This document shows, piece by piece, positions 16,100 through 21,291 of a DNA stretch of 30,642 nt. The number at the start of each line of letters is the position of its first letter. Positions within the stretch are counted from its first letter, which is position 1. The position numbers and the translations under genes are program-made. Below the pieces are notes generated by a model. That model did no database searches. It had not been told where the DNA came from and saw only the letters and a list, made by a program, of their open reading frames with translations. This DNA is from a virus, in IMG/VR virus record IMGVR_UViG_3300045988_049076. One strand, written 5' to 3'.

Positions 16100-16536
16100 T
16101 TGTTTTCCTTTGCTTCTTTTTCGGCTTTGGCTTTGGCTCGTCGGATTCGGGCTCGTTCGGACTGTTTCCGGGTGTATTCGGCTTTTTGTTCCGGGGTCAT
16201 CGCGTGGTATCTGGCTTTCTGTCTGGCGAGCATTTCCTCCCGCCATTCATTGTCGGTGTGGTAGCGTTCCCTGGCTGCCTCTCTTTTTTTCTTGAGGGTT
16301 TTTGGTTTGCTATGGTATTCCTTTTGTTTTGCCGCGTATTGTTCGGCGTGTTCTTCCCTCCATTTCCTGTTGGCTTCGGCGCGTTCCTCCTTGTGACGGT
16401 AATAGTATCGGTAGTCGCTGATCTTGCGCCGTTCCTCGGCTGATGGTTGACTGTTGCGCATCTCGTTGATCCAGTCCATCATGTGTTGGTCGTTGAAGTC
16501 GATTTCGACCGGTTCCTGTGTTTTCTTTCTTCCCAT
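16096..16536 (-). CDS. Highly charged Arg/Lys/Glu-rich helical repeat protein
   Basis: 146 aa. It shows recurring R/K-x-x-Y/W-R/H-type segments (RKISDYRYYYRHKEE, ANRKWREEHAEQ, KQKEYHSK, ARERYHTDNEW, QKARYHAM, KAEYTRKQ). No family assigned. Confidence 0.5.
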   Translation of the reverse strand: MGRKKTQEPVEIDFNDQHMMDWINEMRNSQPSAEERRKISDYRYYYRHKEERAEANRKWREEHAEQYAAKQKEYHSKPKTLKKKREAARERYHTDNEWREEMLARQKARYHAMTPEQKAEYTRKQSERARIRRAKAKAEKEAKENK

Positions 16537-16550
16537 GGTCGGAGCCTTTC

Positions 16551-16850
16551 CTAGAAGAGTTTTCTGATGTCGTCCGCAATGTTTTCTGCGGCGAGATTGT
16601 TGAGTGTGCCATTGTAGAGGAAGCGTTGATCGATTAGGTCGTCGTGTTCGTCGTACAGTCTCATTTCGGTATCGTCCGGTTCACTGTAGGCGATGACGTA
16701 TAAGGTCTTTTCGCTGTTCCGTTTTATGATGCGCACTGCTGAGTCGCCGGGGTCGCATTCGGTGCTTGCTAGCGTGTAGTCGTCGCCGAGGTACGTCAGT
16801 GTGCCTGCCAGTTCGTGGATGATGTCCCTGGTGTTGTCGTTGTTGGCCAT
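16551..16850 (-). CDS. Hypothetical acidic protein (99 aa), paralog-like to 16882..17181
   Basis: Full-length ORF. It shares the pattern IIxKxxSE(K/R)(T/S)(L/I)Y(V/I)xA ... LYD(E/D)xxDD with its neighbour. Confidence 0.55.
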   Translation of the reverse strand: MANNDNTRDIIHELAGTLTYLGDDYTLASTECDPGDSAVRIIKRNSEKTLYVIAYSEPDDTEMRLYDEHDDLIDQRFLYNGTLNNLAAENIADDIRKLF

Positions 16851-16881
16851 TTTTGTTTCCTTTTTCTTGTGTTGGTGTCGG

Positions 16882-17181
16882 TTAGAGGCTTTTTTCGATG
16901 TAGGCGATGAGGTCTAGGAGGGTGAGGTCCTGGTCGTCGGCGTCCCATTGGCTGATTTCGATTGGGTCGTCGTCGTAGGTGTCGTCATATAGGGTCAGGT
17001 CGAAGATGTTGTTGTCGTAGGGCATGTTTGCGGTGATGTATATGCTGCGTTCTGAGTCTGTTTTGGTGATTATGATGGCGTCTTCCAGTCCTGCGCCGTT
17101 GAAGTATTTCTCGCCGTATTCGTATGGGAGGCTGCCGTGGAGCGCGGTGAATAGGGTTTTCAGGGCTATGTATTTGCTCAT
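16882..17181 (-). CDS. Hypothetical acidic protein (99 aa), paralog-like to 16551..16850
   Basis: Internal ATG at 17181 of ORF 16882..17289, preceded by AAAAGGAACC. The product begins MSKYIALKTLFTALHG. Confidence 0.55.
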   Translation of the reverse strand: MSKYIALKTLFTALHGSLPYEYGEKYFNGAGLEDAIIITKTDSERSIYITANMPYDNNIFDLTLYDDTYDDDPIEISQWDADDQDLTLLDLIAYIEKSL

Positions 17182-17235
17182 TTTCTGGTTCCTTTTCTTT
17201 TCTGTGGCTTGGTGTTTCCTCGCCTGATATGTATC

Positions 17236-17266
17236 ACTATACCCGGTTACGAGATGTGACACGCCG
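17236..17266 (-). promoter_or_regulatory. Early promoter-like element with 9/10 copy of the 10-mer
   Basis: The reverse complement of 17236-17241 is TATAGT. TGACACGCCG lies at 17257-17266, 15 nt upstream of the -10 in the direction of transcription. Confidence 0.45.
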
Positions 17267-17271
17267 GTGGG

Positions 17272-17308
17272 CAAGAAAAAAGGCGGCACGTTTTACGCGT
17301 GTCGCCTT
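17272..17308 (-). terminator. Intrinsic terminator after the DnaC-like gene
   Basis: An 11-bp stem pairs 17280-17290 with 17298-17308 (one G-T pair), followed on the minus strand by TTTTTCTT. Confidence 0.7.
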
Positions 17309-17315
17309 GATCCGG

Positions 17316-18161
17316 TCAGAGGCCGAGGAGTCTTTTCATGTCGGCCGAGTCGTCGCGGAGTTTCCTTTCCCTCCTGTCCGCGCCTTTCACTTCGACTGGG
17401 ACGCACATTTCGAGCAGTCGCGAATAGATGCGCTCCTTGTCGACGGATCCCGGGGCTGTTAGTTCGGTTTGTGTGAGGTTGGAGGTTACGATGAGCGGTT
17501 TGCCGCTCCGGTACCTCGAGTCGATGATGTTGAAGATCATTTCGTTCATGTAGGACGTGTCGCGTTCCGCGGCTAGGTCGTCGATGACAAGCAGGTCCAG
17601 TCGGTTGAAGTCGTCGAGGTAGCGTTGCTTACCTTCGAACATTCCTTGGAGGGTGTTCGTGATTCGTGCGAAGTTGGTTACGAGGCAGGGGCGGCCTTGG
17701 TTGATGAGTTCGTTGGCGATGCATGCTGCCGCGTGCGTCTTGCCGGTGCCGACGGGGCCGTATAGGAGCAGGCCTTTGCCGCGTTTCTTCATTTCGGGGA
17801 AGTTGTCGACGTATTTGTGGGCGATGCTCGTGGTCTTGGGGTCGGTTCCGTCGTCGTGGGCGAATGTCCAGTCGGCCATTTCGCTGTCGGGGAAGCCGAG
17901 TTTGCGGAGTCGGTTTACTTCGGTGCGGAGGTTTTGAGCCTGTCGTGCCTGTTCTTCGGCGTCTCGGCGTGCGCGTGCGCAGTCACAGAGCGTGTATGGT
18001 TTCTTCTCTTTCCCGTCCCATGTGGCGATGAAGCGGCATTGTTTTGGGGTGTGGCATTTGCCGCACATGAGGAGGCCGTCTTCGTTGGTGTAGTCGCCTT
18101 CTTCGTAGTGGCTGTCTTGGCTTGCCTTGCGGGTCATGGTTTCGATGAGGTTGGTTTCCAT
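17316..18161 (-). CDS. DnaC/IstB-like AAA+ helicase loader
   Basis: 281 aa. It has Walker A LLLYGPVGTGKTHAA, Walker B LDLLVIDDLAAE, and IVTSNL. The N-terminus carries a Cys cluster (CGKCHTPKQC...CDC). Confidence 0.8.
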   Translation of the reverse strand: METNLIETMTRKASQDSHYEEGDYTNEDGLLMCGKCHTPKQCRFIATWDGKEKKPYTLCDCARARRDAEEQARQAQNLRTEVNRLRKLGFPDSEMADWTFAHDDGTDPKTTSIAHKYVDNFPEMKKRGKGLLLYGPVGTGKTHAAACIANELINQGRPCLVTNFARITNTLQGMFEGKQRYLDDFNRLDLLVIDDLAAERDTSYMNEMIFNIIDSRYRSGKPLIVTSNLTQTELTAPGSVDKERIYSRLLEMCVPVEVKGADRRERKLRDDSADMKRLLGL

Positions 18162-18189
18162 TGTGGTTCCTTTTTGTTGTTGTATGGCA

Positions 18190-18232
18190 ATATTACCTCA
18201 CGTGTTATCGGCATTGTGTTGCCGGCGTGTCG
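18190..18232 (-). promoter_or_regulatory. Promoter-like element with inverted-orientation copy of the 10-mer
   Basis: The reverse complement of 18190-18195 is TAATAT. CGGCGTGTCG lies on the + strand at 18223-18232, between the replisome organizer stop and the DnaC-like start. Confidence 0.4.
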
Positions 18233-18236
18233 TGAG

Positions 18237-19025
18237 TTAGAACCATCCGTTTTCTTGGGTGCATTGGGCCATGTGGCCTTCGGCGTCGATGGGTTGGGCT
18301 GCGGTGTAGGCGTTGGTGTAGGCGTTGGTGTAGGCGTTGTGATTGGACTGCGGCCTCGACTTGGCGTTGAGGTAGCCTTCGAACTTCGGGCCGAAGAGGG
18401 TTTCAGGGCGCAAGTATTCCACCATTGCCGGGTTGTTGAGCCAGTCGGCGCATTTCTTGTCGATGACCAGCTTGAGTTCGTCGACGGTGAAGCCTTCCTT
18501 AAGTCTTGCCTTGATGAGTTTGCGAGTGTTTGCTGTGGTGGCCTTGTAGTGGGTGCCGGCACGCTGGTTGAGGTGGTCCACGACTTCTACGGCGGGGTCG
18601 GGTTCCTTCGGCTGTGCGGGTGCTTGCGGTTCTTCGAGGAGCGGCTGGGGTTCGGTTGCGTTGTGTTCCGTCGTGGTCTTGGCATTGGTTTGCGTGTCGA
18701 CTGGGGCTTGTGTGGCGTTCTGCCGTGCCGCGAGTTCCGTCTGGGCGGCCGTGTAGTCGCATGAGCGGACCCCGTTTACGTATTTTTCGTGCTTGATGAT
18801 GAGTTGCTTGCCGAGCAGGGACGCGAGGGTGTTGTCAACGGTCCGCATGGAGCATCCGCACCATTCCGCGATGTACCGTCTGGTGCCGGAGAACTTGGAT
18901 TCCCCGTCCTGTGAGAAGCCGTAGATGAGCGCGTAGACGATAAGCTCGTAGCCTTTGAGGTTGAGCTTGGTGCGCATCCATCCTTGGATTGCGATGAAAT
19001 TGTTGTCGTTGATGGCGATGTTCAT
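18237..19025 (-). CDS. Replisome organizer / DnaD-like replication protein with phage conserved C-terminal domain (Phg_2220_C-like)
   Basis: 262 aa. The N-terminus has a wHTH (YELIVYALIYGFSQDGESKFSGTRRYIAEWCGCSMRTVDNTLASLLGKQLI). The C-terminus, VVDHLNQRAGTHYKATTANTRKLIKARLKEGFTVDELKLVIDKKCADWLNNPAMVEYLRPETLFGPKFEGYLN, matches the phage conserved C-terminus pattern. Confidence 0.75.
   Translation of the reverse strand: MNIAINDNNFIAIQGWMRTKLNLKGYELIVYALIYGFSQDGESKFSGTRRYIAEWCGCSMRTVDNTLASLLGKQLIIKHEKYVNGVRSCDYTAAQTELAARQNATQAPVDTQTNAKTTTEHNATEPQPLLEEPQAPAQPKEPDPAVEVVDHLNQRAGTHYKATTANTRKLIKARLKEGFTVDELKLVIDKKCADWLNNPAMVEYLRPETLFGPKFEGYLNAKSRPQSNHNAYTNAYTNAYTAAQPIDAEGHMAQCTQENGWF
18303..18338. 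repeat. Perfect 12-bp tandem repeat x3 (GGTGTAGGCGTT) inside the replisome organizer gene
   Basis: Read directly from the sequence. It encodes NAYTNAYTNAYT near the C-terminus. Confidence 0.9.
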
Positions 19026-19069
19026 GGTGTGGTCCTTTTGTCGTGTGGTGCTTTGTGTCTCGGGTGTGG

Positions 19070-19417
19070 TTAGTCGGCTAGCAGTCGGCGGTATTTCTCG
19101 CCGGGAATGTAAAAGGATTCCGACCGTCTGGGGTCTCCTTCTGTCTTTATCAAGAGTCCGAGCTTGACCATTTTCTTGAGCTTTGAATAGAACGTGCTGT
19201 TGGTGATGTCGATTGCTGGCATTTCGCGTCGCAGTGCACCGTATGATGCCGGGACTCCAAATTCCGTTGAATTCATGGGGGACCTCCAGACAATCCAGCT
19301 GAGAATTTCTAGATCAGTGCAGTCAGGCTTGATGGTCTTGATGCGGCCGTCTTCATTGACGACTTTGCGGAGGGCTAGGACGGCGTCTTGGTCGAATCCG
19401 CAGATTGTGAGCTTCAT
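19070..19417 (-). CDS. Winged-helix DNA-binding protein
   Basis: Internal ATG at 19417 of ORF 19070..19477. The product begins MKLTICGFDQDAVLALRK and contains TNSTFYSKLKKMVKLGLLIKTEG. Confidence 0.55.
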   Translation of the reverse strand: MKLTICGFDQDAVLALRKVVNEDGRIKTIKPDCTDLEILSWIVWRSPMNSTEFGVPASYGALRREMPAIDITNSTFYSKLKKMVKLGLLIKTEGDPRRSESFYIPGEKYRRLLAD

Positions 19418-19440
19418 GATGTTTCCCTTCGGTAAAAGTA

Positions 19441-19540
19441 AATCCCACCGATTGCTACCGTCTCCACCCGGTGGCAATCAATGGGATTCGTACCATTTCA
19501 AGTTATATGCTCCACTCAAGCGGTGGAGCACTTGAAATGG
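19441..19540 (-). other. Two long adjacent hairpins in the 130-nt leader of gene 19070..19417
   Basis: Hairpin B pairs 19493-19503 with 19530-19540 (11 bp) and 19509-19515 with 19523-19529 (7 bp). Hairpin A pairs 19441-19447 with 19482-19488 and 19450-19455 with 19474-19479, around CCACCCGGTGG. Confidence 0.6.
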
Positions 19541-19547
19541 CGTATGT

Positions 19548-19868
19548 CTATAGTATATCACGTTTTCTTGACGACACGCCGATACGTTTTCGGGATATCA
19601 CATACCAGCTGAGACTGCCGTAATGGACCATTCTAAGCAGACCCTCAGCCTCAAGCTTTCCGAGAGCCTCGGAAACGGTCTCTGCAGGCAGACCCAAGAA
19701 CATCCGGGGAAAATCATCGTAGGGCATCCGAACCCAATAACGGCCATCATGAAAGTGTTTCTGACGCCGCCTCTGTTTCCGGTAAAGATCGTAAAGCTGA
19801 ACATACACGACAGCAGTGGGAAAACCAAACCTCTTGACCAGTTTAGGCGTGGACGGAAGATCCTTCAA
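19548..19868 (-). CDS. Winged-helix DNA-binding protein
   Basis: 106 aa containing PAETVSEALGKLEAEGLLRMVHYGS. The 3' end overlaps the promoter-like element at 19553-19582. Confidence 0.55.
   Translation of the reverse strand: MKDLPSTPKLVKRFGFPTAVVYVQLYDLYRKQRRRQKHFHDGRYWVRMPYDDFPRMFLGLPAETVSEALGKLEAEGLLRMVHYGSLSWYVISRKRIGVSSRKRDIL
19553..19582 (-). promoter_or_regulatory. Early promoter-like element with exact 10-mer
   Basis: The reverse complement of 19553-19561 is TGATATACT. CGACACGCCG lies at 19573-19582, 14 nt upstream of the -10 hexamer. Confidence 0.5.
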
Positions 19869-19870
19869 AA

Positions 19871-20116
19871 TCAGGCCTCCTCGATGAACGAGCTGAAGAG
19901 ACTACGATTGTAGAGAATGCCTCCGAGCTTCGAAAGAGCGGTCACCGGATTATCGTAATGCTTGCATGCGGTATCCCACGCTTCGAGTACTTCCTCGTCG
20001 CCGAACTTTGCGCACAGGCCGGAGAAGAACTTCCTCGACTTCTGCTCGCCTTCCCCACTGAAGCGGACGCCGTACCGTTCGACGAGGGTATCGTTGATTC
20101 GATCGTAAACGCTCAT
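19871..20116 (-). CDS. Hypothetical protein, first gene of the leftward early block
   Basis: 81-aa ORF. AAAGGAAC RBS precedes the ATG at 20116. Confidence 0.6.
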   Translation of the reverse strand: MSVYDRINDTLVERYGVRFSGEGEQKSRKFFSGLCAKFGDEEVLEAWDTACKHYDNPVTALSKLGGILYNRSLFSSFIEEA

Positions 20117-20150
20117 TGCTGTGTTCCTTTCTTACTGTTGCGTTACCTCA

Positions 20151-20159
20151 ATCATACCA
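20151..20159 (-). promoter_or_regulatory. Extended -10 (TGGTATGAT) of the leftward early promoter
   Basis: The reverse complement of 20151-20159 is TGGTATGAT, about 35 nt upstream of the ATG at 20116. Confidence 0.45.
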
Positions 20160-20201
20160 CGCAACATCAAAAACCACCAGAGACAACACTCATCAACCAC
20201 A

Positions 20202-20237
20202 CCCCGTACGTCGCATCCCGTATCCCGCGTCCCGTAT
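20202..20237. repeat. Three direct repeats (C/T)CCCGTA(C/T) phased at 14 bp
   Basis: CCCCGTAC at 20202-20209, TCCCGTAT at 20216-20223 and TCCCGTAT at 20230-20237. The third copy overlaps a TATACT -10-like hexamer (20235-20240, + strand). Confidence 0.7.
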
Positions 20238-20246
20238 ACTGTCCCT

Positions 20247-20706
20247 TCACCTCTCACCCTCACCCAACCCCGCCATGGAGTGTTTCTTGAGGGAGTGAGC
20301 GAGCTCTGGTAGAGAGAGTAAGCCTTAAGAGCTGAAGTTTTAAGTGCTTCAGATTAAGGCTTCATGACGGTTTCCGTCGGTCGTTCGGTCGCACGGCGTC
20401 GGTCATAAGAGTGATGCATTACTACCACTGATGCGGCATACCCCAGCAGATCGCGCTACATCTTTGATGTGATGGTGTCGGCACCCCGGTTATTCCACCA
20501 TCGTCTGTTGGGTCGGTTGAACTTCGCACCTCTAACGTGAGTATCAACGAACTGTTAGTCGTCGTCCCATTGACCCAGAGCAAGGGCTGTAGCCGGGGAG
20601 TTGTCGTGCCTCCGCACCCAAGCATGTCCTTTCTGTGGTAGGCTTGGATTTGGACTTTACTCGCCCCATTATAGCACATCGTGCCGTGATGGGGCTTTTC
20701 TTTTAC
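20247..20706 (+). ncRNA. Candidate ~460-nt structured non-coding RNA (family unknown; 5' end and strand inferred)
   Basis: There is no credible ORF. Several nested helices can be drawn by hand and the locus ends in a + strand intrinsic terminator (20663-20706). See findings. Confidence 0.35.
20663..20706 (+). terminator. Strand-specific intrinsic terminator with no upstream protein gene
   Basis: GCCCCAT (20663-20669) pairs with ATGGGGC (20689-20695), with an inner GCAC/GTGC pairing, followed by CTTTTCTTTT. The opposite strand has no T-run. Confidence 0.65.
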
Positions 20707-20893
20707 GTCATCAACTCATCCACCGCATTCCTCCCCCACGCTTTTCACCGCACATACCTCCAGAACGCACGTAAAGGCCCCTCAGACCGATTTTCCCGTC
20801 AAACACAATAACTCGTCAGGACCAACTCACGATAGCCCGTCAGAAAGGCCTTACGCACGAAAACGACGTTCCAGCCCAAAACAGCACCTAAAA

Positions 20894-21113
20894 AGCATCG
20901 AAACCACCAAGCCGTGAGAGAACCACCCAAGCCAGACACGGATCGACTCCTCTCCTTGCCCATTCAGGCCGAGCATCGAGACCAAGATCCGAAGGGCAGC
21001 ATCGAGACCAGGACGGCATCCACCTCGATGCCCAGAGCCATGGAGAGAGCACGGAAAGCATCGAGAAGGCCCCATGGCTCCATGCCACAGACATCGAAGC
21101 ATCCAAGGCTTGG
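20894..21113. repeat. Iteron-like cluster of (A)GCATCGA(G/A)A(C/A)CA repeats with interleaved inverted repeats; candidate origin or protein-binding array
   Basis: Direct copies lie at 20894-20906, 20972-20984, 20998-21010 (the latter two identical 13-mers) and 21057-21067. An inverted copy CTCGATGC is at 21024-21031 and a partial copy at 21092-21099. The inverted repeats are GGCATC/GATGCC (21015-21020/21027-21032), GAGCCATGG/CCATGGCTC (21035-21043/21072-21080) and CCAAG-G-CTTGG (21103-21113). Confidence 0.6.
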
Positions 21114-21120
21114 TTTGGAA

Positions 21121-21240
21121 GACTGGTTTCGTTTCTCTCTCTTTGGAAAGAAAGATTTATCTTTCTTTCTCTCTCTTTAGATTATCTACTAGAGTATCCA
21201 TCTATCTTATAGGGATCTATATTATAGAGTTGCAAATTCT
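21121..21240. other. AT-rich island (about 32% GC) with polypyrimidine direct repeats, a perfect 11-2-11 palindrome and two 13-mer repeats
   Basis: TTTCTCTCTCTTT occurs at 21132-21144 and 21166-21178. GAAAGAAAGAT-TT-ATCTTTCTTTC spans 21146-21169. ATCTAT(C/A)TTATAG occurs at 21200-21212 and 21215-21227. I counted 38 G+C in 120 nt. Confidence 0.7.
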
Positions 21241-21291
21241 GCAGCTTAGCTTGCTGCAGATTCTGCAGCTACCCACTGCACATTCTGCAGC
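21236..21291. repeat. Three exact ATTCTGCAGC repeats (spacing 24 and 22 bp) with extra CTGCAG palindromes
   Basis: Copies lie at 21236-21245, 21260-21269 and 21282-21291. CTGCAGC/GCTGCAG form an inverted pair at 21239-21245/21253-21259. TTGCAA lies at 21230-21235 just upstream. Confidence 0.8.

Noticed and set aside
17817-18764. 315-aa + strand ORF opposite the DnaC-like and organizer genes
   Set aside because: The product is Gly/Val/Phe-rich, and its GVGVGVGVGV run is simply the complement of the 12-bp repeat. The minus strand carries Walker A/B and Phg_2220_C-like motifs.
20420-20445. tRNA-like D-arm on the minus strand (GCAT-CAGTGGTAGTA-ATGC)
   Set aside because: I could not build an acceptor stem, anticodon arm or T-arm around it. 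No GTTCGAATC-type T-loop lies nearby, so it is not a tRNA or an attP tRNA fragment.
20668-20676. Perfect extended -10 TGCTATAAT on the minus strand, inside the 20663-20695 terminator hairpin
   Set aside because: It could instead start a leftward RNA across the same locus. One such 8-nt specified match is roughly expected by chance in 61 kb, and there is no matching minus-strand terminator. It is kept as an alternative orientation, not called as a promoter.
20422-20679. 85-aa minus-strand ORF inside the candidate RNA locus
   Set aside because: Its codon usage is mixed (CTA, ATA, TTA, AGA), unlike the strongly biased minus-strand genes. The AAAGGA lies only 1 nt from the internal ATG, and the product is featureless. 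It is treated as non-coding, though a decayed gene cannot be excluded.
20690-21180. A stop-free + strand frame at 20690-20913, plus GTG-started ORFs at 20914-21180 and 21074-21475
   Set aside because: The first has no ATG/GTG/TTG start, and its openness is explained by the T-poor composition. The others run across the iterons (repeat copies fall in different frames), the AT-rich palindromes and a terminator, and their products are low in complexity.
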